This document shows, in pieces, positions 9,186-18,716 of a stretch of DNA of 51,337 nt (position 1 is its first letter; every line of letters starts with the position of its first letter). The DNA is from Verrucomicrobiota bacterium. Its GTDB lineage: Bacteria > Verrucomicrobiota > Verrucomicrobiia > Verrucomicrobiales > DEV007. A program made the translations under genes and the position numbers. The notes below the pieces were generated by a model. It saw only the letters and a program-made list of their open reading frames with translations. It did no database searches and had not been told where the DNA came from. The DNA is taken from the NCBI GenBank assembly GCA_045046875.1, contig JASFYY010000036.1, forward strand, positions 1 to 51,337, in the 5' to 3' direction.

Positions 9186-10091
9186 ATGAAAACATCACGT
9201 CGTCAATTTTTCCAAACATCTGCTGCCACCGGACTCGGACTCGCTGCAGCAAACTCCATTGCCTCTGCCCAACTACCCCGCTCCGCGGCGCAAGCTGACT
9301 TCACCGTTAAAAATGGCAACATCCGCCAGTCCATCATGGGCTGGTGTTTTGGCAAACATTTCAAAGCTGTTGAACTGGCCAAACACTGCAAGGACATCGG
9401 TCTGGTCGCCATGGAAGGCATCCCCATCAGCGCTTATCCGGAAGTAATCAAAATGGGATTCAAAATCTCACTGGTCAGCAGTCACAGCTTCAAAAAAGGC
9501 CCCTGCAATCCTGAATTCCACGACGAAGTCGTCGAAACCCTCACCGATCGGATCAACATTGCCGCCGACATCGGTTGCAAAAATGTCATCACCTTCACCG
9601 GCATGCGTTATGACGGCATGGATGATGAAAAATCCGCCCAACGCTGCATCGACACCTGGAAGGAAGTTCTTCCGCTGGCTGAGAAAAAAGGTATCACCCT
9701 CACCTTCGAGCATCTCAACTCACGCGACGGCTCCCACCCAATGACCGGCCATCCAGGTTATTTTGGTGACGACGTGGACTTTTGTATCGACCTGGTCAAA
9801 CAAATCGGCTCGGAAAACTTCAAACTGCTCTTCGATATCTATCACGTTTCGATCATGAATGGCGACATCATCCGTCGTATCCGCAACGACCACCAATACA
9901 TTTCCCACTACCACACCGCCGGCAATCCCGGCCGCGGCGAAATCGACGACACCCAGGAAATCAACTACCCTCCAATCATGCGCGAAATTTTAAAAACCGG
10001 CTACAAAGGTTTTGTCGCCCAGGAATTCATCCCCACTTGGGACGACCCCGTACTCGCCCTGAGACATGCCGCGATGACCTGTGATGTTTGA
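9186..10091 (+). CDS. Tat-exported hydroxypyruvate isomerase-like (xylose isomerase-like TIM barrel) protein
   Basis: SRRQFF twin-arginine signal; FEHLNS, LLFDIYH, HYHTAGNPGRGE and QEF motifs of the Hyi family. Confidence 0.85.
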   Translation: MKTSRRQFFQTSAATGLGLAAANSIASAQLPRSAAQADFTVKNGNIRQSIMGWCFGKHFKAVELAKHCKDIGLVAMEGIPISAYPEVIKMGFKISLVSSHSFKKGPCNPEFHDEVVETLTDRINIAADIGCKNVITFTGMRYDGMDDEKSAQRCIDTWKEVLPLAEKKGITLTFEHLNSRDGSHPMTGHPGYFGDDVDFCIDLVKQIGSENFKLLFDIYHVSIMNGDIIRRIRNDHQYISHYHTAGNPGRGEIDDTQEINYPPIMREILKTGYKGFVAQEFIPTWDDPVLALRHAAMTCDV

Positions 10092-10131
10092 TTAGGCTGT
10101 AGAATTTATGATTTATGACTTCAGAGTCGTA

Positions 10132-10515
10132 ATGAAAAAAAATACCTTCATCTCAGTCACGGAAGTGATCAGTTGGCTCGCCCTCGCCAACTCGTTTCTC
10201 ATCACGTATACGCTGTTTGCACAAATACGTCGAAGCGCATCCAGCCTGTATAAGCAGATCCTCCTTCCCGACACACCACTGCCAGCGCTCACTCGTCTCG
10301 CCCTCGATGACGGCGTTTTGTTGCCAGGCTTTGCCATCAGCGGCATCATTTTTTGCCTAGTCGCTATTTGGCTAAGGCGTTTCGAAGCCTTTCGTGCCCA
10401 TCAACCTTTCATTCTGACTTTGGGCTGGATCATCGTATTCACAACGATGGCCGCATTTTTTATCGCGCTCTGGATGCCAATCATCGCCGCCACCACGATG
10501 CTAGGAGCCCAGTGA
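10132..10515 (+). CDS. Small integral membrane protein, about 3 TM segments
   Basis: Three hydrophobic stretches; LPALTRLAL segment; alternative start 10108. Confidence 0.65.
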   Translation: MKKNTFISVTEVISWLALANSFLITYTLFAQIRRSASSLYKQILLPDTPLPALTRLALDDGVLLPGFAISGIIFCLVAIWLRRFEAFRAHQPFILTLGWIIVFTTMAAFFIALWMPIIAATTMLGAQ

Positions 10516-10595
10516 TCCAATAGCTCAATATCTGTAAAAAAAAATCAGAGCCGCTCCTTCCACAAATCAGCACCATTGCTATAGCAAGCTCTCAA

Positions 10596-10724
10596 ATTAC
10601 CGAAACCCTGTCCGCCCGGACAACTTTTCGCTACCCCTCACCACCAAGAGATCCCCCCGCCTCTAATCAATATGCCTCCTTCATATTACCGAAACTTTGT
10701 CCGCCCGGACAAGTTTTCGGTACC
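10596..10724. repeat. Two copies of a 40-bp palindromic repeat, 89-bp period
   Basis: ATTACCGAAACCCTGTCCGCCCGGACAACTTTTCGCTACC (10596-10635) vs ATTACCGAAACTTTGTCCGCCCGGACAAGTTTTCGGTACC (10685-10724), 36/40 identical. Confidence 0.85.
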
Positions 10725-10845
10725 AGCCATCAAGCGTAATCCCAGAGATACTCCCTCCCTAATGCCACGTAGAAAAATGGCTTGTATCATTGCCTCCAGT
10801 GAAGCTAACAATGCCTTTTTTCAAACTCGCTCCTCCGGTTTCGCT

Positions 10846-10919
10846 TGGTTACCCCACGAGGATTTGAACCTCGACTGATAGAATCAAAATCTATAGTGCT
10901 ACCATTACACCATGGGGTA
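10846..10919 (-). tRNA. tRNA-Gln (anticodon TTG), CCA encoded
   Basis: Reverse complement TACCCCATGGTGTAATGGTAGCACTATAGATTTTGATTCTATCAGTCGAGGTTCAAATCCTCGTGGGGTAACCA: 7-bp acceptor stem, ATAGA/TCTAT anticodon stem around TTTTGAT, GTTCAAATC T-loop. Confidence 0.97.
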
Positions 10920-11032
10920 AATCCATGACGGCGAGACCTTGCTGACCTCGCCACTTCAAGCGCGCCACACCAATACGCAAAGCTGACCTCAACGCAACCC
11001 TTTGCCGCGATATTTTACACAAATTTTTTGTG

Positions 11033-12568
11033 CTATTTTTTCTCCAGCAAACTATGCCCGGTCATCACCGAAGGAGCGTCCAGTCCCATCATCTCCAAAA
11101 GCGTCGGAGCCACATCGGCCAGGATGCCATCCTGCAACTTGTGACAATCAGCATCGTCCGCTACATAAATCATCGGCACCAGATTGGTGGTATGCGCCGT
11201 CTGCGGTGAGCCGTCAGGATTGCGCATCACTTCACAGTTGCCATGATCAGAGGTGATCAGCAGCTTGCCATCCAGTTCCAATACCCGCTTCACCACTCTT
11301 TTCACACAGCTGTCGATCATCTCCACCGCTTTGATCGCAGCATCAACATCCCCTGTGTGGCCCACCATGTCAGGGTTGGCGTAGTTCAAAATCATCAGAT
11401 CGTAGTTTTCAATTCGGTCCACCACGGTATCGGTCACCTCTTCAGCGCTCATTTCCGGCTGCAGGTCGTAAGTCGCCACCTTTGGCGAAGGCACAATAGC
11501 CCGATCCTCTCCGGCAAAAGGCTTTTCTTCCCCACCGTTGAAAAAATAAGTCACATGCGGGTATTTTTCCGTTTCTGCGATGCGCAACTGGGTGCGTCCG
11601 GCACTGGCGACCACTTCCCCCAACACTTTTTCCAGCTTTTCCGGAGGGAATACCACCGGACAGCCATATTTCTCATCATACTCGGTCAAAGTGACATAAT
11701 TAACTTTTGGCCAGACGCCACGATCAAAGTCAGCAAAATCAGCTTCAAGAAAAGCCCGCGACAACTGACGCGCACGATCCGCCCTGAAATTAAAAAACAA
11801 GATCACATCACCGTCATTCACCCTTTGTTGATCCGGTTCCGAAAAAATCATCGGCAACAAAAACTCATCCGTCTTGTCCTCTTTATATTGATGCGCAATA
11901 GCGTCCGACGGCAGCACTTCACAAAACTCACCCACCCCGTTCACAATCGCATCCCAGGCCAACTTGCTGCGCTCCCATCGATTATCGCGATCCATCGCAT
12001 AATAACGACCGATCACCGTGCCGATATGCACCCCGATCTCTCCCAGTTTATCCTCGACATAACTGACATATTTCTCGCCACCAGTCGGCGAAGTATCACG
12101 CCCATCGGTGATAGCATGAACCATGATATCATCACAACCCGCCGCTTTAGCACTTTCAGCCAGAGCAACCAAATGTTTTTGGTGACTGTGAACCCCTCCA
12201 TCAGATACCAAGCCAATCAAATGCAGGCGATGCCCCCTGGCTTGATCAAAAGCGTCAACCAAGATCGGATTTGAAGCCAGTTCTTTTTCCTCAATTGCCT
12301 TATTAATACGCGTAAGGTCTTGATAAACAATACGCCCTGCCCCTAGATTCAAATGACCAACCTCTGAATTCCCCATCTGCCCGTCAGGCAAACCCACATC
12401 GGTTCCACTGCCGCTGATCCGGCACACCGGATACTTGGCAAACAACTTGTCATGATAAGGAGTGTTTGCGAGCAAGGTGGCATTGCCGTCCTTCTTTGCA
12501 CTGCTATCCCCGCCTGGGTTTTCGGCCCATCCATCCCTGATTATCAATACTGCTGGTTTCTTCGACAT
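11033..12568 (-). CDS. gpmI: 2,3-bisphosphoglycerate-independent phosphoglycerate mutase
   Basis: GQMGNSEVGH, SDGGVHSH, TDGRD, GRYYAMDRD, AETEKYPHVTYFFNGG, DMVGHTG, SDHGN motifs. Confidence 0.97.
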   Translation of the reverse strand: MSKKPAVLIIRDGWAENPGGDSSAKKDGNATLLANTPYHDKLFAKYPVCRISGSGTDVGLPDGQMGNSEVGHLNLGAGRIVYQDLTRINKAIEEKELASNPILVDAFDQARGHRLHLIGLVSDGGVHSHQKHLVALAESAKAAGCDDIMVHAITDGRDTSPTGGEKYVSYVEDKLGEIGVHIGTVIGRYYAMDRDNRWERSKLAWDAIVNGVGEFCEVLPSDAIAHQYKEDKTDEFLLPMIFSEPDQQRVNDGDVILFFNFRADRARQLSRAFLEADFADFDRGVWPKVNYVTLTEYDEKYGCPVVFPPEKLEKVLGEVVASAGRTQLRIAETEKYPHVTYFFNGGEEKPFAGEDRAIVPSPKVATYDLQPEMSAEEVTDTVVDRIENYDLMILNYANPDMVGHTGDVDAAIKAVEMIDSCVKRVVKRVLELDGKLLITSDHGNCEVMRNPDGSPQTAHTTNLVPMIYVADDADCHKLQDGILADVAPTLLEMMGLDAPSVMTGHSLLEKK

Positions 12569-12601
12569 CTTAGTTTTTATTCGAGTACAATTCGACTCAA
12601 T

Positions 12602-13495
12602 TCAAGTAACAATCTTTCCCGCTGCCTGACGATCAGCCTCGCTGATCTCCCCCAGACGATGCCGCCGCTCTCCCAGCCGCGGCGCACAAGACATCAGCGC
12701 TTTGATATAGGGATGCTGTCCGGCTAATAAAACTTCGCTTACTTTGCCTTGTTCCACCACTCGCCCGTCAAACATCACCACCACTTCATCGGCCAACGCC
12801 TCAATAATTCCCGGATGATGAGTGACCAACAACATGGATAATCGCTGACGGTTTTTTAAATCCACCAACAATTCGAGAATTTGTTGCTCCACGGTTGCAT
12901 CCAAATGGGCCGTCATTTCATTAACCACAATCAAATCCGCCCCGGCCTGCAACGTCATCGCAATCACCACCCGGCACAAGGCCTCGGCAGACAACTGTTC
13001 TGGCAAACGGTCCAATGCCGATTCCGGTTCAGCCAACCCCACCTCATACAGTGCCTGGATCAGGTTTTGACCGGATTCACGCTCAGTCCGGGACTTCCAA
13101 GCGGCGACCTCCGACAAGTGTTGCCTAATACTGCAACAAGGATTAAGCACATCCATCGTTTGTCGATCCACATAAGCCACCCTGCGTTGACGCAAGCACC
13201 GCAACCTGCCCGTCGACATCTTGAGCATATCCTCCCCCACCAGACAAAGCTCACCCTGCTTCACCTTCAATCCCTGATAAAAAAACAAAGCTGCCGCCAC
13301 CCAAGCCACCGCCGACATGCCCGCCCCATCCTCTCCCGTCAGCGCCACCACTTGCCCACGCTGCACACTCAATGAAAGATCCCGCACCACCTCCTCCTGC
13401 TCACGGATATCCCGAACAAGACTCAGGTGCTTGATCTGCAAGACCGGCTGTTTGCCCTGATCTTGTTCAGATGATGTTTCCATTTTTTCGCTCAT
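12602..13495 (-). CDS. OppD/DppD-like ABC transporter ATP-binding subunit with degenerate catalytic motifs
   Basis: Overall OppD layout (LD.TV..QIL.LL, LLVTH, ADEVVVM..GRVVE.G, HPY.KAL); Walker A GEDGAGMS, signature LSAE, Walker B LIVVNE; start set at MSEKM. Confidence 0.85.
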   Translation of the reverse strand: MSEKMETSSEQDQGKQPVLQIKHLSLVRDIREQEEVVRDLSLSVQRGQVVALTGEDGAGMSAVAWVAAALFFYQGLKVKQGELCLVGEDMLKMSTGRLRCLRQRRVAYVDRQTMDVLNPCCSIRQHLSEVAAWKSRTERESGQNLIQALYEVGLAEPESALDRLPEQLSAEALCRVVIAMTLQAGADLIVVNEMTAHLDATVEQQILELLVDLKNRQRLSMLLVTHHPGIIEALADEVVVMFDGRVVEQGKVSEVLLAGQHPYIKALMSCAPRLGERRHRLGEISEADRQAAGKIVT

Positions 13496-13503
13496 GACAA
13501 ACA

Positions 13504-15357
13504 TCAATACACATCCGGCCCCACTCGATCCTGCGATGTGGTTTTTGCCCACATTCCAAGCCAATCAAAAAATACCACAGCTCCCCACAAAGCCAGTGAC
13601 AAAAAAACCAATAAATCCGGATCCTGCCACATCCGCTGCCTACCCTCCGCCAGCAAAGTTCCCCACCGCCCTGCATTCTCCGCACCTTCCTGTAATAACG
13701 AAAAATCCAAAGCCGTCACCGCTACCAACATCAACGGGAACAACAATAGAACCCTTGCCAATACCCTGGGCCAGATCACAGGGATGAAATGTCTGAAAAA
13801 AATCTGCCCTGGCCGCAAACCTGTGGCTCGTGCCGCCTCCACCCAAGGACGGGATTCTATATCCAAAAACCACCGACTGAGCACCCCCACTCCCAATACC
13901 GCACTGATCACCACCAATAACCATACCATCGACCAATAACCTGCCCCCACTACCGGCAACGCCACCAACATCACAAACAGCAGCGGCAGCGCCCACAGCG
14001 CTGAGTGAATTCTAGCCACCAAACAATAAGCCCTCCATCCTCCCAGCCCTCCCAGAACTGCCGAGACAAAAAAAGCCAGGCACAAAGACAGGCAACAAAT
14101 CAATCCACTCATCACCAAGGTCTCGTTCGCCGCAATCAACACCCGCCACAGATCTGATCGTATCAATGACTCTGAACCTGACTCCGCCTCCCAACGAAAG
14201 TCCGCAAACAGCTTGATCCCCCATGAGAAAGCCAACAACAAAAAAACTCCCAAATAAGCTTGTTTCAAACGCCGCCACATCTTTGTCTGTCTTTTTCTAG
14301 CCCCTCCCGCCTCCACTGGGTTTTTTACTGCTCCCGGCTGGTCGACCAAAGCGCTCATCACACTCAAACCTCCTTGCTCACGGGTTTTACCATCCAACAA
14401 GCCGAACATCGCTTCGAGAAAAAATCCACCCAATCCGACCATCATCATCAAAACAAAACCAGTGACAAAAATTCTACCAAAATCACTATCAGTCGCAATC
14501 CTGAAAACCATCTCTCCCAAGCCGGGGAAACGAAAAACCCATTCAATCAAAATCAAAGAAGCCAACAAAAAAGGCAACACCCTCAGCAACGCCCCCCCGA
14601 TGTCCCGCAAAGAATTTTTCACCACATAGTGAAAATACAAATGATCACCAAACACCCCCCTGCGCTCAGCTGCGCGCACAAAATCCTGCTCACGAACAGC
14701 GCGCAAAACCTGCGCCACTTCCTTCGCCAACCAGGAAGCCGCACTAAGAGCCACCGCCCCAGCGGGTAATAACAACCGCCACCACCCAGCGGTTCGAGTA
14801 TCACGGGCGTTCCAGAAATCAAATCCCCGGCTGCCCTTTTGCATCCATTCAAAAACCGGCACCCCGGTAACATCAAGCAAATAATAGAGCAGCAAAACAG
14901 CCAGCACAAAGGCAGGCAAGGCATACAAAAACTGGCAGGGTAGTAGAAAAATCCGCCCAAGCAGTCGCCACCCCGATCGTCGTCCCTGACCCGCCGATGC
15001 CAAACGCCCTGCAATCATCCCCAAGGGCAGCCCCACGCCCAGTACCAGGCTCATCGCCAGCATACTGACTTTCAAACTTTGCCACCCAGCCCGGATCAAC
15101 TCCTGAGTAAAGTTAAGTCCTCGTTCGTCTCCGGAACCACCGGCCTGCCCGTCGATCGAGCTCCCTTGATCCGGCAATACCTCCAAAACCAACTGCCACA
15201 CATGACGCTCCAATTCCCGGTCGTGACGCAGAGCCTCCAACTTCATCAATCCTTCGACAAAAATGCCTAGTATCAGGAAGGAGAGCACCGCTCGAAAAAA
15301 ATATTTCATGCAAAGATCGACCAGATAGTCCGCCTTACTGAGTTCGGAATTTTTCAT
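13504..15357 (-). CDS. Fused OppB-OppC-type ABC transporter permease (two BPD_transp_1 domains)
   Basis: Two EAA-like loops (DFVRAAERRG and WVEAARATG), IEWVFRFPGLG and WGTLLAEG motifs, many TM segments; ATG 15357 overlaps the stop of the upstream gene (ATGA). Confidence 0.85.
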   Translation of the reverse strand: MKNSELSKADYLVDLCMKYFFRAVLSFLILGIFVEGLMKLEALRHDRELERHVWQLVLEVLPDQGSSIDGQAGGSGDERGLNFTQELIRAGWQSLKVSMLAMSLVLGVGLPLGMIAGRLASAGQGRRSGWRLLGRIFLLPCQFLYALPAFVLAVLLLYYLLDVTGVPVFEWMQKGSRGFDFWNARDTRTAGWWRLLLPAGAVALSAASWLAKEVAQVLRAVREQDFVRAAERRGVFGDHLYFHYVVKNSLRDIGGALLRVLPFLLASLILIEWVFRFPGLGEMVFRIATDSDFGRIFVTGFVLMMMVGLGGFFLEAMFGLLDGKTREQGGLSVMSALVDQPGAVKNPVEAGGARKRQTKMWRRLKQAYLGVFLLLAFSWGIKLFADFRWEAESGSESLIRSDLWRVLIAANETLVMSGLICCLSLCLAFFVSAVLGGLGGWRAYCLVARIHSALWALPLLFVMLVALPVVGAGYWSMVWLLVVISAVLGVGVLSRWFLDIESRPWVEAARATGLRPGQIFFRHFIPVIWPRVLARVLLLFPLMLVAVTALDFSLLQEGAENAGRWGTLLAEGRQRMWQDPDLLVFLSLALWGAVVFFDWLGMWAKTTSQDRVGPDVY

Positions 15358-17459
15358 TCGTTCCCGTCTCCTTCCCTTGCGGCTGATACCCACCACTGCC
15401 AATCATAACGCAGACCTGCAGTAGAACTCCTCGCCGCTTCGTCCGACCAAACACCGTTTTTTCCCAAACGGCTGCTGCGCACCGCCCCTTCCCTCAATAC
15501 CACCGATTCCGCGCTTTCAGTCAAAAACAAAGCCGCCTGCAATTGCATAATCTTATCCTGCAAGGCCTGCGCCAGCTTCCTGACTTCATCCGGATCCGAT
15601 TCCCGCTGCAAAGACTGCAACAGCTGATCCACCGGCGCACTGCGCAGAGCAAAAATATTTCCTCCCCCGCGTTCACTCTCAGCCGAATGCCAAACCCGGT
15701 ACTGATCCCGCCCGGACTCCAGTTCCCAACTGATCAAAGCCGCATCAAAATCACGCAGCAACAAATGATCCTCAACCAATTCAGTCCAGGCCATAGGAAA
15801 AACCTCAACTTCAACGCCATGTGCCTGCCACCCCTGTGCCAATAGTTCCGCCACTCTCATATGCTCCGGAGAATCCTGATCCACCAACAATTTGAACGCC
15901 AATCGCTCACCGCTCGCCGAGCGCCACGCATCACCTTCCTCCCTCCAGCCCGCCTGCTCAAGTAAATCGCGACCTTTTTCAACATCCAAAGCCGGCAGCT
16001 GCATTTCTTTTTCGCAAAACCAGGAACCAGGATAAAAAATCCCCCGACACAAACGCCGCCCACCTTCCCCTTCAGCTGCGAGCAGTGTTGGTAAATCCAC
16101 CCAATGCGCCAAAGCCCGCCTGACTTCCGGGTTGTGAAACATCGGCCGCTGCAAATTCCACGCCACCAGGGTTTGTTTGCTGTAACTCTCATCCAACACT
16201 TCAAAACCCTCCTTCTGCCGCATCCAACGGCGTTCATCTCCGGACGGCCACAGAACATCCAACGCCCCCGTAAGCATCCCCCTCATTCTCTCATTGTCAT
16301 CAACCACCCACTTGAACCTGATCACCTCCTGGCGCGGCATAGCCAGAAAATAATTGTGATTACGTTTCAGCACCAGCTCGCCATCTTCAGTTCTTTGATC
16401 AAATACAAAAGCCCCGGTTCCCACCGGCTGCTGGAAAAATACCTGCCACTGCTGCTCTGTCTTTTTTCCCTTCAGCAAATGCGCAGGCAATATCGGCAAC
16501 TGTTGCCAACTCTCTGCGATCGGAGCGTAATACTCACGGCACTGCACCACAAAACGGTGATCATCCAAAACCCGCAATGACGCCACATGGGAAAATGCCC
16601 CCGACAGCGGAGTCGCACGGTGGGGACGGGTCATCGTCTCATAGGAAAACAACACATCCTCTGCGCTGAACGCTTGACCATCGTGCCAGACCACCCCCGC
16701 TCTGAGCGTCACCCACCACTCCGCCACATCCAGATAGGCCGCCTGGCTGATAATATCAATTTCCGGATCCAAATTGCCATTGGATTCATAATACAAACGC
16801 AACTCCTTCAAAAACTGCTCCGCATCGCCCGCCACAAACATCACCACCGCTTGATCCCCCTCGATCCACTCTCTTTTGAGCTGCTTTTTTTCCGCCGAAT
16901 TTTTCTTAAAATCCGCCCACGACTCCCTCACCGCCCCCTTCAGACTCAAGCGCAACTTGATCACCTGTTGGTATTTCAAGCCCTTAAGAAAATCCATCAC
17001 CTCGCGGGCATTTCTAGTATCATAAGCCGACAAAAACACCGTCAGGGATGAACCTTCACGAACAATTTCTTGAAACTTCTCTGTAGGGCGCAACTTTTTC
17101 TCCTCCACCAATCGCTCCAACACTTGCAACTCAGCTTGCTCCGCCAGTTTTTCATCAGCGAAAAAAAACGTCAGCCGCTGACGGTATATCCACGACCGGG
17201 CCAAACCCGCACGCAGCACCCGTTCATCATCCGGACGGAACAGCCGTTCAAAAATCAAACTCTCCACCTGCCTCTCCGCCCCGCGCAAATCCGCAAAAGA
17301 ATCGATCAGCCCTACTTTTTCACTCACCGCAAATACCAAATCCCCATCCTGACGAAATTGCAATTCCCGTCCCGCTTGCATCAAGTACAACAAAACTGCG
17401 ATCACTCCCACAGGAACAACCAACAGCATCACACGCAAGCACCACAACATAGCGCCCAC
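15354..17459 (-). CDS. ABC transporter substrate-binding protein, family 5 (OppA/DppA), N-terminally membrane-anchored
   Basis: LRAGVVWHDGQAFSAEDVLFSY, PILPAHLL, PVGTGAF, VRRALA motifs. Confidence 0.9.
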   Translation of the reverse strand: MGAMLWCLRVMLLVVPVGVIAVLLYLMQAGRELQFRQDGDLVFAVSEKVGLIDSFADLRGAERQVESLIFERLFRPDDERVLRAGLARSWIYRQRLTFFFADEKLAEQAELQVLERLVEEKKLRPTEKFQEIVREGSSLTVFLSAYDTRNAREVMDFLKGLKYQQVIKLRLSLKGAVRESWADFKKNSAEKKQLKREWIEGDQAVVMFVAGDAEQFLKELRLYYESNGNLDPEIDIISQAAYLDVAEWWVTLRAGVVWHDGQAFSAEDVLFSYETMTRPHRATPLSGAFSHVASLRVLDDHRFVVQCREYYAPIAESWQQLPILPAHLLKGKKTEQQWQVFFQQPVGTGAFVFDQRTEDGELVLKRNHNYFLAMPRQEVIRFKWVVDDNERMRGMLTGALDVLWPSGDERRWMRQKEGFEVLDESYSKQTLVAWNLQRPMFHNPEVRRALAHWVDLPTLLAAEGEGGRRLCRGIFYPGSWFCEKEMQLPALDVEKGRDLLEQAGWREEGDAWRSASGERLAFKLLVDQDSPEHMRVAELLAQGWQAHGVEVEVFPMAWTELVEDHLLLRDFDAALISWELESGRDQYRVWHSAESERGGGNIFALRSAPVDQLLQSLQRESDPDEVRKLAQALQDKIMQLQAALFLTESAESVVLREGAVRSSRLGKNGVWSDEAARSSTAGLRYDWQWWVSAAREGDGNE

Positions 17460-17512
17460 CCTGCCAAAAAAACACCCTCCTCACAAACAAAATTTCAGGC
17501 AAACATCAGCGC

Positions 17513-18292
17513 CTACCGATGAAATTCAGCGGTTAAAATCACAATATCCTCGCAACCTATGCTGACAGCCGCATCCACCGCTTGCCTCAGTGAACTCAGA
17601 CTGACCTCCTCCTCCACAGAAAACTGTATTTGCAAATTGGGCACCATCTTATCAAACACCATGACAGCAGCCGAAAGCTGATCCGTTTCAAATGAAACTC
17701 CATCCAACTCCATCCGTCCTCCTTTCAAAACATCTATCCCCAGTTTCGGCTGAACAACGCTTTTTTCCGTCGTTTGGGAATCACGAAACTTAGAAAAATT
17801 CACCACTTGCGATTCAATATCGATCAGTTTCTGAATATAAACTTCAGCATCTGTATCAGAACCGGAGCCCTTCCATAAAAACAACACCTTCTTCGCGGCC
17901 TTCATCTTTGCCTCTCTAGTCAATTGATGTTCCATCCAAAATCCATCCAATCGTTCCATTTGGATAATAGAATTTTTAAAAGCAACTAATGAAGCTTCCC
18001 CGCCTATGGGGTAAGAACCATGAACCTTTACCCAATCCCCGTGCGCAACCTCTAACGCACTCGTCAATTGCCCGCCTTGGATGATCCCACTGATGGGAGA
18101 ATGCCAGATCTCCCTGCTTATAGGTATACCATACACCTTTTTTGTGCTCCTAAGCCTTCCCGTAGCTATATCAACCTCCTCATATTCAAAATTCAAAACA
18201 TTCCCTGAAGGAAGTGAAAAAGGAATAACTATCACCAGGCAAGCTGCTAAGCCCAAAGCCATCCAAACCCCTTGCTGCTTTGATAAATACAT
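17513..18292 (-). CDS. Membrane-anchored protein with C-terminal ExbD/TolR-like periplasmic domain
   Basis: N-terminal TM; C-terminus IDVLKGGRMELDG...VSLSSLRQAVDAAVSIGCEDIVI resembles ExbD. Confidence 0.6.
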   Translation of the reverse strand: MYLSKQQGVWMALGLAACLVIVIPFSLPSGNVLNFEYEEVDIATGRLRSTKKVYGIPISREIWHSPISGIIQGGQLTSALEVAHGDWVKVHGSYPIGGEASLVAFKNSIIQMERLDGFWMEHQLTREAKMKAAKKVLFLWKGSGSDTDAEVYIQKLIDIESQVVNFSKFRDSQTTEKSVVQPKLGIDVLKGGRMELDGVSFETDQLSAAVMVFDKMVPNLQIQFSVEEEVSLSSLRQAVDAAVSIGCEDIVILTAEFHR

Positions 18293-18300
18293 ACTCCCCC

Positions 18301-18651
18301 TTATTTATCAAACTGCTGCGAAATTCCAAAAATCACATTCACCAGACCTCCTTCAGCCGCCGCCTTCACGACTTTTTTAATGTCAGCTGTGCGGGTTCTT
18401 TTCGAAGCTCGTAAATGTAATCGCATTTTCGGGTTCAACCGCATAGAAATACGGCTTATCACGGTGAGCTGTTCATACGAAATGACCACTTCCTCCAACC
18501 ACAACTTCCCACTCTCATCCAAATCAACCTGAAGGCGTCCTTGACCATTTATTGCAACCCGAGTCGTAGCACTAACATCAGGACTATACCATACCGAGCT
18601 CAACAGCCCCCAACACATCAACACAATTACCCCCCTCATCCTATCTCTCAT
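18301..18651 (-). CDS. ExbD/TolR-like periplasmic-domain protein
   Basis: VDLDESGKLWLE...LHLRASKRTRTADIKKVVKAAAEGGLVNVIF matches the ExbD C-domain pattern; the track start (18669) lies inside an intergenic repeat, so ATG 18651 or 18639 is preferred. Confidence 0.7.
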   Translation of the reverse strand: MRDRMRGVIVLMCWGLLSSVWYSPDVSATTRVAINGQGRLQVDLDESGKLWLEEVVISYEQLTVISRISMRLNPKMRLHLRASKRTRTADIKKVVKAAAEGGLVNVIFGISQQFDK

Positions 18652-18657
18652 AGAAAA

Positions 18658-18687
18658 ATTCGTATTCATTCGTGTTTATTCGTGGTT
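18658..18687. repeat. Intergenic ~10-nt-period repeat (ATTCGTG..GGTT family)
   Basis: attcgtattc attcgtgttt attcgtggtt. Confidence 0.7.
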
Positions 18688-18716
18688 CTCCTCAGCCTTT
18701 CTCACCGAAGCTCCAA

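Noticed and set aside
10596..10724. Mini CRISPR array
   Set aside because: Only two repeats, the sequences after each repeat resemble each other, and no cas genes are present
10846..10919. Genomic island integrated at tRNA-Gln
   Set aside because: No integrase and no duplicated tRNA 3' end seen in the window
11243..12274. Long antisense ORFs (also 19989-20825, 28769-29356, 50172-50792 and others)
   Set aside because: Shadow frames opposite well-supported genes, with no recognisable motifs
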